In this document: positions 50,895-64,000 of the stretch, piece by piece
How positions within the stretch are numbered: position 1 is the stretch's first letter
Layout: every line of letters begins with the position of its first letter
From: Octopus bimaculoides
Lineage: Eukaryota
DNA: 64,000 nucleotides
Direction of reading: 5' to 3'
Assembly: GCF_001194135.2 (NCBI RefSeq)
Contig: NC_068988.1
Coordinates: 48,196,046-48,260,045, forward strand
Notes under the pieces: generated by a model
The model's input: the letters and a program-made list of their open reading frames with translations, nothing else
The model's database searches: none
What the model was told of the DNA's origin: nothing
Translations under genes and position numbers: made by a program

Positions 50895-51060
50895 CATGCT
50901 GGCCAAATCGTTAGCAGTCCTTTGCGAAATGCTTAGCAATATTTCGTTCGTCGTTATGTTTTGAGTCTAAATTCCGTCGGGTCGACTTTGCCTTTCATCC
51001 TTTTGGAGTCGATAAAATAAAATAAGTACCAGTAAGATACTGGAGTCTATGTAACTACTC
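50895..51060 (+). mobile_element. SINE (GGCGGCGA family), 3'-truncated
   Basis: GTCGACTTTGCCTTTCATCCTTTTGGAGTCGATAAAAT...AGTACCAG. Confidence 0.8.
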
Positions 51061-51494
51061 CTGTATAAAAGTATAAAAACTGAACCCCGCTGCCAACCCA
51101 TGTTATACCAGTGTGACAGATTAAGCTCATCAAAATAGTATGATCTTTTGGTTAAAAACAAGCGGAGGCATTCATCGAGCAGGGGGCAGACTACAGACAA
51201 TCCAGTCCAACACACAGATACACAAGAAAATCAGGCAAGACTATATTATAAATACCTGTCCGTCGGCAATATTAGCATTTAATGGTAAATTTTGAAATTA
51301 AAATTGTTTTTTAGTTTGTATGCGATTTGGAAAAGGCACACACGACATTTCGGACATAGTGTTTCTTCATGGAGAAAGAAAAAAAAAACGTTTTACTTCA
51401 TTCTGAATCCAATTTAGCACTGGGCACCAATTTTGTCAGGAAATGATAGTAGTAATATATATTGAAGAGCGTAGAAGTCGTGAGAGAAAAGTGG

Positions 51495-51555
<61 letters not shown>

Positions 51556-51862
51556 AAGAGAGATTGAGTGAGTGTGTGAGAAGGGTTAGTGAATGAAGAG
51601 AAGAGGAATGATTAAAGAGAGAACATTGATAGAAAACAGAGGGGGAAAGAGGATTTGGGGAAGAATGAGGTGGAAAGAGGTTAAATGCAACAAAATCAGA
51701 GAATTAGAAACCAAGAAAGTGTTGTTGTACAGGCTAGTGGCTGCAATAGGAAATTTACATGTACTGTATTCATACACACACGTGCGCGAGCAAACACACA
51801 TATATACACTTTAGGAGATAGCAGATAACCGCACACATGTATAGTAGGAATACATACATGTC

Positions 51863-51893
<31 letters not shown>

Positions 51894-53069
51894 NNNNNNN
51901 NNNNNNNNNNNNNNNNNNNNNNNNNNNNNNNNNNNNNNNNNNNNNNNNNNNNNNNNNNNNNNNNNNNNNNNNNNNNNNNNNNNNNNNNNNNNNNNNNNNN
52001 NNNNNNNNNNNNNNNNNNNNNNNNNNNNNNNNNNNNNNNNNNNNNNNNNNNNNNNNNNNNNNNNNNNNNNNNNNNNNNNNNNNNNNNNNNNNNNNNNNNN
52101 NNNNNNNNNNNNNNNNNNNNNNNNNNNNNNNNNNNNNNNNNNNNNNNNNNNNNNNNNNNNNNNNNNNNNNNNNNNNNNNNNNNNNNNNNNNNNNNNNNNN
52201 NNNNNNNNNNNNNNTATATATATATATATATGGGGTAACACATAGACATGGACAATGAAAACTATAATACTAACATCCATGTCTTTATTTGTGCACACAC
52301 ATTAAACATTAATATAAGATGTATGATAAAAATGAAACTGAATATGACTGTAGCAAATATATGAAACGTAAAATAAAATAAAGGTAAACGTATTTTAATG
52401 AAAGTAATTAGCAAAACATTCATACATAAAATGAGGAATGGTTTAGAAGAAAATCAGAGGAAACTCTCAGTTAGACTTAGGGACATGGTATTCTGGGGCG
52501 GAGCATAAGATTTTGTGTGTTTATGCTGTCTAGAGGATGATATCCCATGGAGGGGGAAAAGTTTTGATACGGAAAGGCAGTTAATAAAACGGTTAGTTGT
52601 ACTGAAATGGCAGGTGATGCGTTGGTATAGAATACATTTCAGAACACGAGGAAGTTTCTCTCGAAAGCAATTCTCCAGGCGACGAACTGTTTAACAAGAG
52701 GGCACTGCAGGAGGTACTATAGGGCTTAGAAGTGATACAGCATGTGACATAAGCGGATGTACAGCTGAAGCCTTAGATGACTTGGTACGAAGATTGTGGG
52801 CCAGTGATTGCAATGACATTATAGTACTAAGTTTAGATGTGAAATAATTATAGAGCACATTTGAAAGTCTTGATTTAGTGTGGCTAAGAGTTTGAAACCT
52901 TTTATTCTACCAATTAATATCGATAGAATATCAAGAAATAGACCTAAACTTCACCTTTTAATGGTGTTATTTTCAATAGTTGCGGCTCAGTAGGATAGCA
53001 GTGCTCATAGCTATTTGTTACTACTTTAGAATCCATTATTAAATATGCCAATAGAGAACAACTAGAAAA

Positions 53070-53420
53070 TTATTGGTTTCAAATTTTGGCACAAGACCAG
53101 CAAGTTTGGGATAGGTTGTAAGTCGATAACATCAACCCCAGTGTTGAACTGGTACTTATTCTATTGACCCCGAAAGAATGAAAAGCAAAATCAACCTTGG
53201 TGGAATTTGAACTCAGAGGATAATGACGGACGATACAACTAAAAAATACAGGCTTCAAATTTTGGAACAATGCCAGCAATTTTGAGGAGGGGGATAAATC
53301 GATTAGATCGACCCCAGTGCTCAACTGAAACTTATTTTATCAATCCGAAAGAATGAAAGGCAAATTCAACCTCAGTGAAGTGCGAACTCAGAACGTAAAT
53401 TCAGACGATACAACTGGAAA
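53070..53420 (-). mobile_element. Two tandem SINE copies (GGCGGCGA family)
   Basis: Two successive blocks CGACCCCAGTG...GAAAGAATGAAA(A/G)GCAAA...GAACTCAGA at ~53070-53240 and ~53250-53420. Confidence 0.8.
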
Positions 53421-54499
53421 ATATTAATACTAGTCTTTAGATAAAGAATTTACGAGTTCCTTCCATTTTCTTGTATTCTTTATCTAATGTTCGTTTCTTC
53501 AATCAGTTCTGTCCCCCAACTTCTATCTTCCTCTTCCTGCTTCCCTTCTGACACCATCTTCTTGTATTAATATTTTATTGTCACCCTCTTCAGTTTCATC
53601 TTTCCGACCTCATTGTCTTGCCCTCGCCATATCAATCTTTTTCAATTATCCGTTTTTATCTCCAATTCTCCCTTTTCTCATTATTGTCTCCTTTCTTCCA
53701 TCTTCTGTATTTCATCTGACATATTTTCACTTCTACATCTCGCTCCATCATCAGACTTATTCATTATTAGATTGTCTCGTTCACCCCTCCTCCGCTTTGC
53801 CTTTTCGTCTTCTACTTTCTGCTTCTATCTTCTCTCTTCCCCCAGCCATTCTATCTCTCTAGTCTCCTGAAAATCAAAAGCCCTTCTCAAATCATTGAAA
53901 TTCTCTTATCATCTTCGTTATACCTCTCTTTTGCACATGGACCCCTAACATTATACGTATTTCGAAAAGAACATTTTATTGAACTTAGATTTTAGTCATT
54001 CAGACCATGACTAGCTATCTTCGCTTTTTGGCTTTAAATTCATCGCTATGCACCCACTTACACACACTTACTCACATACAGCGCATATACGCATCAACAC
54101 CACCGTCCCCACCAACACTAGTGTCGCCACCGCCACCACCACTATCATCAGCATTGTCATCATCACCATCATCGTTTTTTACCCTTTTTCTTCTTCAAGA
54201 TCCATCAAACATTCTAGACACAATTGTCATTTTATCCAGCCATGAACGATTATTTTCTCCTTTCTCTTATTTATTTTCATATTTATCAATTTATTCATCT
54301 ATTCATTTTATTCATCTATCTATCAATTCATTTGCCACATCCAATCATACATAGCTAGCACTGTAATTGTTTCAGAGTCGAAGAACAAAAGACCCTGTTA
54401 TCTCCCAGATTTCGTGTCGGCATTCTTCATGTCTCAGTTTCACGGTCCACACTTTCGTTTGCAAGTCACTCAATATGAATTTCTATGAATTTCCCTTGG

Positions 54500-54550
<51 letters not shown>

Positions 54551-54882
54551 CACACACTCACACACACACACTTCACACACACACTTCACACACACACACA
54601 CACTTCACACACGCACACACAGAGGCAGAAACACATATACAAACAATACACTGTAACACATACACACATGTATACTTGCATATGAATGTGAATGTACATA
54701 TGCGTATCTGATTGTCGGGTGTGTATGTGCATACGCACTGTCCATACTGATATTCATATGCGTATACAAATATATACATATTTATATGTGCAAATATATT
54801 TACATGTGTGTATGCTCGCTCGCACACACACACACACATATGTATATAAAGATATTATACATATATATACATATATATATTT

Positions 54883-54922
<40 letters not shown>

Positions 54923-55249
54923 GCGCGCACGCGCGCACATATATATATTCCCATATTTATATATCTTATATGAAGAGTCAGAGATGCAATGAAATCGGGA
55001 GAGCTACTGTGTGGGAGTGCGAGAAAGTAAGAGAAAGTGTGAGAAAGATACGGAGTTGTCTAAGATTCAAGAAATATCTCTAGAAACCATCAGTAGAAAC
55101 AGAGAAAATTAAGTGATCAGTGTATGTAAACTGAGGCCATTTATAGCTGCTGTGCTGTCATATTTACATATAAAGGATATTGATTTTATATATATAAACA
55201 AATAGTAAATGAGTAATATGCATATATACGTACAGGTATGTGCATACCG

Positions 55250-55440
55250 ACATCCACCTGTATGTATAGGTGCATATCTGGGTACAGGACATTGTAAACA
55301 AAACAGAGACGAGAAAACACACAAGCCACATAGAGAACATTCTACTTCATCAGCTACCCCCGTTTTAACACCGGCGTTTCGAAGAGCTGGGCAGGACGCA
55401 TCGTTAAAACGGCTCTCCCCATGGTCCGCAAATTAAATTT
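55250..55440 (-). mobile_element. Repeat related to 22615-22800 (Penelope-like terminal-repeat type)
   Basis: Minus strand ...CTCTTCGAAACG...CTGATGAAG...AATGTTCTCTATG...GTCCTGTACCCAGATATG parallels ...CTCGAAATG...CTATTGAAGG...GTTCCTTATG...GTCCTGTACCCATATATG at 22.6-22.8 kb. Confidence 0.45.
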
Positions 55441-56299
55441 GTATACACAAATTAAATCTTGCCATGGAGGAATGTAGTGGCGGACAAAAAAACAAGATAG
55501 GAAACAAACAGAAAAGGCTTTACGGCCAGACGAGAAAAATTATGTGTGTATGAACGCTTGTGAGGCACGAACTTGAAAGTAGGGACGAAGTGGTTCGCGT
55601 GTTTGCTCGGCGATAGCCAAGGAAGAAAAGAATTATTGACCGACATACACACACACATATATACATTTATATGTACATATATGTATATATACGTATGTGT
55701 CGAAGAATGAGAATGAGTGCTCAACACTCCATTGGTGCATACAAATTCTTTATTTGTGTATTATGGCTACCATTGTTTTCCTGTTAAGAAAATATTTTAA
55801 TATCTTAACAATCTTTCAACCCGATTAGACGGAGGAATAGTATTCGTATATAATATGGAACTCGACTGAGGAAAGAAAACTCCGAATGACCCGTCTTTAT
55901 TTTCTTTGTATCGTCTATCTGGATGTTTTGTTAACCCTAGTACTAGTTGAAAACTGGGGTCGATGTAATCGACTTACACCCACTCCTGAAATTACTGGCC
56001 TTGTGTTAAAATCTGAAGCCAGTATTGTAGGATAGTTATTTATAATTAGAATGTCTATGAGTAAAGTTCTGTTCGACTAGGGCCAACCTAAGACTAAACT
56101 TTGAGAGCAACAATAACAATTGTAGTTGGAGCAACAAAACTCCACAACAACAATGGCAATAATAAGTACAAGAACAAAGGTAATAGCAATAAAACCGTAA
56201 CGGAAGTAATTAAAAATTGATGATATAACAGTAGCCGAAACAACAACAGCATTATCAATGAATGTCTCAAACAGAACAATATTATTAGAATCCTCTTCT

Positions 56300-56303
56300 T
56301 CAG

Positions 56304-56334
<31 letters not shown>

Positions 56335-56353
56335 GTCGTCGTCGTCGTCGTCG

Positions 56354-56385
<32 letters not shown>

Positions 56386-56640
56386 GTCGTCGTCGTCATC
56401 ATCGTCGTCATCATCATCATCATCATCATCAACATCATCATCATCATCATCATCATCATTATCGTCGCCGTCACTCTCTCGTGATTCACTTTTCTTCCTC
56501 ATACTTACTGTCATCATTACCTTCATCATCATTATTCTTATTCTTCTTATTCTTCTTTTTCTCCTTTTTCTGCTTCACCTCCTTCTCTTCTGTCTCCTCC
56601 TCCTCCTCCTCCTCCTCCTGCTCATCAACGTTATCTTCAT
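56300..56640. repeat. (ATC)n/(GTC)n and (CTC/CTT)n trinucleotide tracts
   Basis: Direct reading. Confidence 0.93.
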
Positions 56641-57124
56641 CATCAACAGCAAAAACAAATGGTTCATTCCAAGTTTTTAGAGCACACAGGTTCAGCCAGT
56701 TTAGGTTAGAATGTCTGGACTTGTGATTACAATTTAAATGCATAGAAATTGTTAGCGAAGGCGGTGCATTACCATAATCGTTAGAATGTTGGATAAAATG
56801 CCATGTGATAATTAGTTTGCCTCTTTACGCTCTGAGTTGAAAATATGTTAAACACCGGGGTCATTTAGAATAAGATATAAGTCAAGTACTGAAATTATCT
56901 GTGAACCTTGCCCTATAAATTTCTGGCGTTATGCCCGTGTAAAATATTCTTATTGAAGAATAGAGCATTGTTGGAAGCCTTGCTGTTGCTGGTTAGGGTG
57001 GAACTTGTGGGGATGTGCGGATGTGTAGAAGGAGCTGCTGATTTGGGGGAAAACAAGAAATTGATAGCAGATAGGCGAGACAGTGGTTGCCTTAATTCCA
57101 ACAAAGTTGTGTATTTTATTATTT

Positions 57125-57353
57125 TTAACTTTTACTAGTTTCAGTCATTAGATTGTGGCCATGCTGGGGCACCGCTTTGAAGAATTTTTGAGTCGGATGA
57201 ATCAACCCAAGTGCTTTCTTGAAGCTTGATACTTATTTTATTGTTTGCTTTTGCTGAACTGCTAAGTTACGGGGACATAAACATATGAACAAATGTTGTC
57301 AAGCTGGGGGAGAGGAACAAACGCAAACACAAAGATACACACACATACGCACG

Positions 57354-57384
<31 letters not shown>

Positions 57385-57612
57385 GCATATATATGTTTGT
57401 GTGTGTGTGTGTGCGTGTGTGCGTGCGTGTGTATGTGCGTGATATATATGACAAGCTTCTTTCAGGCTCGTCGACCAAAACCACTCACAAATATTTGGTC
57501 GGCCGGAGGCTATAGTAGAAGATACTTGCCCAAGATGTCACACAGTGGGACTGAACTCGGAACCATGTGGTTGGGAAAGACGCTTCTTACCAAACAGCCA
57601 CGCCTACGCCTG
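57125..57612 (-). mobile_element. Complete tRNA-derived SINE with an internal (CA)n/(TG)n microsatellite
   Basis: Minus-strand head CAGGCGTAGGCGTGGCTGTTTGGTAAGAAG...GTTCCGAGTTCAGTCCC, body GGGCAAGTATCTTCTACTATAGCCTC, 3' part shared with 19405-19565. Confidence 0.8.
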
Positions 57613-57714
57613 TATGTATAACGATAAACATTAATGAAACAGCAAATAAGAAAGCACACCGACATATCACAGCATTGCTTACCTGTTAATGAATGTATAT
57701 ACATCTATCTATCG

Positions 57715-57771
<57 letters not shown>

Positions 57772-58417
57772 NNNNNNNNNNNNNNNATATATATATATAT
57801 AGTCTATATGGTCTGGCTAAGTCAAAATGTTTTTTTGTATTCCTCCTTTCTACTTGGAGCATTTAGATTTAATTATAAAAATATGTACTTCTGTTCAAAT
57901 TTTATTTCATTAAATTTCTAAATGTCTGTCTTTTTGCAGCTGAAGAATGCTCTACATATTATATCTGATGTAATGTTTACATTATTCAATTAGATGGAGT
58001 CGCATGAAACGATCATACTGCATTACCTCTGGATATCCTTGTAGCTTATTTTGATTTTAATCACCTAATTTTGTAACTGTATGTATAATACCATCCTAAA
58101 TTCTGGTGTCTAAACTTAAGTACCATATTCACCTGAATCTATATATATACATGCATATACATATATATATATATATANNNNNNNNNNNNNNNNNNNNNNN
58201 NNNNNNNNNNNNNNNNNNNNNNNNNNNNNNNNNNNNNNNNNNNNNNNNNNNNNNNNNNNNNNNNNNNNNNNNNNNNNNNNNNNNNNNNNNNNNNNNNNNN
58301 NNNNNNNNNNNNNNNNNNNNNNNNNNNNNNNNNNNNNNNNNNNNNNNNNNNNNNNNNNNNNNNNNNNNNNNNNNNNNNNNNNNNNNNNNNNNNNNNNNNN
58401 NNNNNNNNNNNNNNNNC

Positions 58418-58461
<44 letters not shown>

Positions 58462-58749
58462 ATATAAAACCCATGCTCTGTTGATAATCTAATTTTCTAG
58501 TACATACAATATCGTATATACCAACCAATAACACTTGTAACCAGGATTTTATATTAACTTCAACGTATCACTGTATAGCGTACGAAGTGATTGTAAGGGG
58601 AAGTTTCAAGAATGTTACCTGGGCTAAAGAAAAACGTGCTCGTAAAAGCTTCCACCCAACTAATGTCTGTATGGAGGAGCAAACCATTAAACGACGGGGA
58701 CAAGGACATCGACGATGTCGATGATTACGAAGGTAATGGTAATGATAAT

Positions 58750-58880
58750 GATGGCGATGATGATGATGAAGACGAGGACGACGACGACGACGATGATGAT
58801 GTTGATGATGATGATGATGATGATGATGATAATGATGATGATGATGATGATGATGATGATGGCGGCGTCGATAGTGATGA
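58750..58880. repeat. (GAT)n/(GAC)n microsatellite
   Basis: Direct reading. Confidence 0.95.
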
Positions 58881-59024
58881 TGAAGACCACAACAGATACA
58901 CCAGGAGCCAACGACGGAATCTGTTCTCATGTAAACTTTCTGATCTTCATCAAGTAACAGGCATTTATTGTCGAATGATTCGACAATTCTGTAAAACCAA
59001 ACAACAATAGTAATCTTTTCTATA

Positions 59025-59460
59025 GTAGACACAATGCCTGGATTTTTCTTATGCTGGGCGGGCTAGTCGATTACATTGATCCCAGTCTTTGACTGGTATT
59101 TAATTCAACAAACACGAAAGGATGAACGGGTAAGTCGGTATCGGTAGAATTTAAATTTAGAATACTGTCAAACATTTTGTTTGGTGCGGTAACGATTCTG
59201 CTAGATCTCCGCTTTCCAAGTAACAATAATAATCCTTTGTATTAAAGTCACGAGGCCTGAAAATTTGGTGAAGGAGGTAAGTATGGAGGTAAGTCGATTA
59301 CATTGACGTCAGTACCCAACTGGTACCTTTTTATCGATCCCAAGAGTATGAAAGGCAAAGTCAACCACGGCGGAATTTGAACTCAGATCGTAAGGTCGGA
59401 TGAAATGCGGCTTAACATTTTTCCCAGAGTGCTAACGATCCTGCTAGCTCGTTGCCTGCC
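59025..59460 (-). mobile_element. Two tandem SINE copies (GGCGGCGA family) separated by an (AAT)n-like spacer
   Basis: Two blocks GTCGATTACATTGA...GATGAA/GTATGAAAGGCAAAG...AACGAT(T/C)CTGCTAG at ~59025-59220 and ~59230-59460. Confidence 0.8.
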
Positions 59461-62400
59461 AAATAACAATAATAGCAAAATTGAATTATATCTAGAAATA
59501 AGAATTGTAAAAAATATCATGACTTGAAAATAGTATCTTGAGCGAGAAAGAAGAGAAATTAATCTATGATAGGGTGTGGGTGTAATTTATCTTAATATTC
59601 AGATTCTGCAGAATAACAGGGACAAACTATGACATCATTTGGGTTCCATATTGATTTATGTCATTGTAAATCTAAATTCCATTCCATGGTTTTCGGTCAT
59701 GTCAACAGAGAAAGGTCAGCACCTGTTTATTTTAATTTATGGAATTTTAATATCACTTCTTCCTTCCTCTCATGCATTTGATATCAATGGAATGTGATTT
59801 CTAAACGGCTGAAATTCCAAGAAATGAATGCCACTTAACCCCGGGAAGCCACCACCATCATCGACAACATTATAACATTATAATGTTATAATCTCGAACT
59901 AGTCTTACAATTTAATGTAATCATACACTACGAACCTAATTTGATGACTAAACAAAAATAGTTTCTGGCTCATCACCTGATTGCTCGGTTTTCTGAGACA
60001 GAATTGATCCCAGAAACGTTGACCACCACAAACGTTCAGATCAATTCCCTGATAGATTTCTTTTCCACAATTCACACACCTTTTGTCTTCTTTGCCTTCT
60101 TCTGTGATTTAGTATGTCGCAGCTTGGTATAAACATGGGTCAAGTCTATCAAGTAGAATGTATCTAAGGCGTCAGTAGGAATGGTACATAGTTCTGGCAT
60201 TATAGTGTAAAGCAGAAGAAAAAAAACTCTCTTCGACGAAGTACCGTTTTTGGCAGCCAAATTTACCGGATGAATTATATTGCGGCAGTAATATATACAT
60301 GCATGCATACATACATACATACATGCACACATACATACATAATACATACATAATACATACATACATACATACATACATACATACATACATGTGTGTGTGT
60401 GTGTGTGTTACAAAATATGCCTGAGCGATTTCTTGTGACACTACGTTCTGTGCCGAGCCGAATTGTTCGAGTAACTTCTTGCAAAACTTTTATTTTTTTA
60501 TATAAGTTAGAAACAATTGCTTTCTGTCGATATAATGTCATTCCCTTCATTCAGACTCCATTTAATTAACAATGGATTTATCAATTATTGTAGTTTGTTA
60601 GAATAGATAAATAAAGTTAAAATATAGAGTAAGCCTAGAGTACAGAAAATTTCTGAGAGGAGTCGTAACTAGAATGCTTTTGATGTAATTCCCACACAAA
60701 TGTCAATGGTTTCAATTTAAATTGCTGTCCAAAGGTATCATTAAAAACAGGAGGAATGTTGTGCAATCAGGTTGGTACTAAAAATTCGAAACAAATATCT
60801 TGCATTATACTGAAGGAGAAAGTGATATTTTTCAACCATAAATCCAAAAATATTTGTTTGGATACCATACTTCACTGTCAGTTCAAAGTTGTTGAGTTTA
60901 GATTTGTTGCAAGCGTCGTGTTGTCTGTGACATCAGGACAGTTACGTTTACAACACCTCAACTCGTCTAGTTTTCGAGAATAAGTACTAGATAATCTGGC
61001 AATTTAACTAGTGTCATGTCCACTCCAGGAAAATATTTAACTTTCAGGCTTAATAATGTCAAAAAAGAATCATACACTGGTCCTTAAATTCTCTTTGGCG
61101 TTTAGGAAACATTTTTCTTTGAAGTGTTTTTAAAATGCTTAACATGAAAGCTTAGCTAAAGGATCTACCACATCTCACCTGTAATAGATTACAACTTTTC
61201 AGATGTAATGCAACTTGCACAAGTATTTATGATGAAAGAGCCAGCTGAAAACGAGATTAATCAACAGTCACCCTACTCAAATACACCAGATCTACCAAAC
61301 CACCAGCATCCTTATATATGTGTTGCAATTGATTAAATTGGCACAACAAAAAAATGCCTGATTGAATGAATGAATAAGCAGGCTATGGTTAGAAGTGAGA
61401 AATTAAAGAGCATTGACCATCCAATGACATAACATGCCAGCCTGAGCAGCGTTCGATTTGATGACCTTTCAATTTTCAGTCATGCACTTTAATCAATGAA
61501 GCATGACAGTTCATAGAAGCCAATGTTACCATGCTTTATCCAATTACATATCAGAATACACTCTATCTTCTAAACCAGAAAGATATTCCAATATTCAAAC
61601 ATTTAAGTTGTGGAGAATTACAACCGGGAACCAAATGCTTCACTAAAAACCTGTTTCCATTGCCAAAATATAATGAAGCAGGCATACATTAACCGAGATT
61701 TTGTGCTAAATAAAACTCAATAATAACATGCACACTAATCTATATTTCCATTAGGTTTACTGACCTAGCAATTATGTTTCCGCTGCTTTTCTATATTGAC
61801 TAACAAAGAGCATTAATAAGCTTTTATGTCCAACTAGTGTCTAGTTTATTGTGCTGGACGTTTCTAATTTCTTTACATTCATCTTTCCATTTCAATATTC
61901 TTACAGCATGAAGTTGTGGGGAGTTGGTAGGAACGGTGGGGTGTTTGCCTAAATGCACTACAATATTCAGATTCGTTAAACTTTGTTCCAAGTTCAAATG
62001 CCACTTAGGATCACCTAAACCTTTATCATCATTCAGAGTTCGATAAAATTGATGCTGTATATTTCCTGGTGTTAAATTTAATCAACTATGTACTATTAGA
62101 GGCCATGTGCAAATATGAAAAATCAATATTCCTGCAGAATGAAGTGTGTTTTAATGGTATGTAGTAAACGATAACGTGCGAAACTTAATGTTCTGACATA
62201 AAATTATTTGTTGTTGAAGACCAATATTAAGCTGAAAAGGTTTCATTAAAAATGATATGAATACATATTTCAGTTGCTTAAATCAGCACTCAAATATGCG
62301 TCAATCATATTTTCTATTAACTGTTTTGAATGTGAAACTAATTAAACACATTCTGGATTTCATGATAGTCATACAAGTTGTTTTTGTTTATTTCTGATTA

Positions 62401-64000
62401 TACGCAAACGAAAAATAGAAATCAGTCATATAAGCTACTGATATCTTTGTCAATTTTACATTTATCCTGTTTTGTGGTAAATATTTACAGCTATGTTGAC
62501 TGAGCCGTGTGAGAGCGGCTACAAATTCAACACTACTAGTGAAATTATATGATCTACTGATTTACGTGCGGGTTTTCTGCCACTTTTGTCGATTTGGTCT
62601 CTATAAGTGAAAATACTTCTTAACACCCAAAGAACTTTTAATTAATTGACTATATTTCTTATGAAATACACTGCTTATTTTGAAATAAGCAAGTATTTCA
62701 AGAAACCCAATACAATAAGTAAGTTTTCATTAGGATTTTATACAAGGACTCATTGAGTCAAGCTGGGTGTTTTTAACGTGATTATAAACAATTTGAGCAA
62801 ACAGCTTTGTATAATTCAATCAGCTTTCAAGTTGGTATCAAATAAGTTTAAGAACCATGTTGATTGACGTTCCATGGCAGATAGTAGGCATGTGACACAT
62901 AGCTATAATTTTAACATACGTAATGCTATGTATTATATATTTATCCCCTATATTTGGTTAGTGTATTGACGTAATGTAAAATATTGTGCTGTATCAAAGT
63001 AACACAAGTATGGGCTTTAGTTTTACAGGCCTTTCTCTTAAGAAACGTAAAACAATAGTTTCTCAACTACCAACTATTAACCTCAGCAAGCTCCCTCCGT
63101 AATGGAAAATTGCTTTCACTTCTACTTGATGTCACTCCTACTCACACAGACACTCCAGAATACAGAAAAAAACCCCACGGTGTATGACAGTGGTATAAAG
63201 TCACTGACATATACGCAACTCATCTCCGCGCTCTTTCCTCACTCTGCTTGTCTTTACAACAGCTACAATGGCCTCTGCTTCTCGAGGACAACTGGTGTCA
63301 TGTCAGCTACACTCAGGCACTGTTGATACACTAGTATTTCCGCCTCTTCGCACATTCAGGACTCCTAGGAATATCTTTACTACACGTGACTTCTCGCAAT
63401 AGTCGATCTGCCTTAGTTTAAGCGAAGAATTAACGATATCGTTCTCACTATCCTCGGATGGCTGCAAAGGTCAAAAGCACTGTCACTTTATCCAGATTAA
63501 TTAATAACATACGCAAATATATAAATAAAAATGGAAACTAATAAAGTATAAGAAATAAGTCACGCTTGGGAGAGGATAATTTTCAATAACAGGCAACATT
63601 GCTAGGTATGAGAAATTAGCTATTCTTACAAGCAGCTAAGGTGACCGGGAGTATTGTAGGATAAGAAATTCTACCTCAACGCATAAAGCAATGACTACGG
63701 AACATTTGAACCCATGACGTGCGAGCAAGCATTAATATACCTATCTTTCCCATATAATGCCATCATGTCTCTATATGCTATCTAAGGATCAATAAATGTT
63801 TTTGAATAAAAAAATTAAAAAAATGAATATCTTCTTGATGATGGATTTGAACTCTTCTTTCACGGTTGTGCAACTAAGACAAACTAACAGTTTCCGTATA
63901 ATCAGAGTGTATTGATCAAAGATGAAAGATTGTCAAGCATTTCATATGCTTCGCTGAAGTCAAACACGCCAATATATTTTATTTGCTGTAGAAATATCAA

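Larger units (their letters stand above)
4356..58416. other. 13 assembly gaps: 4356-4671, 7040-7155, 19710-20433, 21372-22014, 22808-23463, 24325-24685, 33258-33301, 36425-36565, 46629-46856, 48070-48138, 51894-52214, 57772-57786, 58178-58416
   Basis: N runs, nearly all bordered on at least one side by (TA)n or (GA)n tracts, typical of short-read dropout at microsatellites. Confidence 0.97.

Noticed and set aside
52450-53900. Possible old CR1/L2-type LINE on the minus strand (purine-rich ORF1-like 53550-53900; KLPRVLKCILYQRI near 52600-52680)
   Set aside because: Motif resemblance is too weak to call by eye; needs tBLASTn.
55866-55900. CTGAGGAAAGAAAACTCCGAAT hammerhead-like string
   Set aside because: GAAT instead of GAAA, and no stem I pairing.
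59869-59892. Perfect 24-bp palindrome ATTATAACATTATAATGTTATAAT
   Set aside because: Very AT-rich, built from a short internal repeat, and plausible by chance or slippage.
59993-60027. CTGAGACAGAATTGATCCCAGAAACGTT, possible decayed minimal hammerhead
   Set aside because: The core is not CTGANGA and stems I and II do not pair convincingly.
60072-60386. ORF with LYTIMP resembling the Penelope RT LYTNIP motif
   Set aside because: A single loose motif; the ORF begins in a (CATA)n repeat and the downstream QxxGxxMG motif is absent.
1-64000. Long ORFs rich in Y/I, C/V, H/T, poly-S/L/D/M or X
   Set aside because: They are translations of (TA)n, (CA)n and trinucleotide tracts or N-gaps, with no coding signal.

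Overview
AT-rich, microsatellite-dense eukaryotic DNA with 13 N-gaps. It is most likely octopus (coleoid cephalopod), inferred from the tRNA-derived SINE families I recognise and the repeat landscape, not from a database search. I found no host protein-coding gene: the long ORFs in the track are microsatellite or N-gap artefacts, or pieces of decayed transposons. Recognisable content: an RTE-clade LINE fragment (2.5-3.8 kb), an R4/Dong-like restriction-endonuclease LINE fragment (29.0-29.7 kb), a Ginger2/KRBA2-SCAND3-like integrase element (14.8-16.7 kb), several mariner elements (one near full length with TIRs and TA duplication at 39.3-40.6 kb), a probable Penelope-like GIY-YIG remnant, about 20 SINE copies from at least four families, TIR-bounded MITE-like elements and a tRNA-Ala(AGC)-like pseudogene. 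The most unusual structures are (i) two independent long inverted duplications (28474-30246 and 42243-44646), each copying a SINE plus its unique flanks (~0.5-0.6 kb arms, 0.8-1.2 kb spacer; the first spacer is an R4-like LINE fragment), and (ii) two type I hammerhead-ribozyme-like motifs of the Penelope-associated kind (10390-10459 on +, core intact; 6039-6084 on -, core mutated). Coordinates were read by eye and may be off by a few bases; identities are manual estimates.
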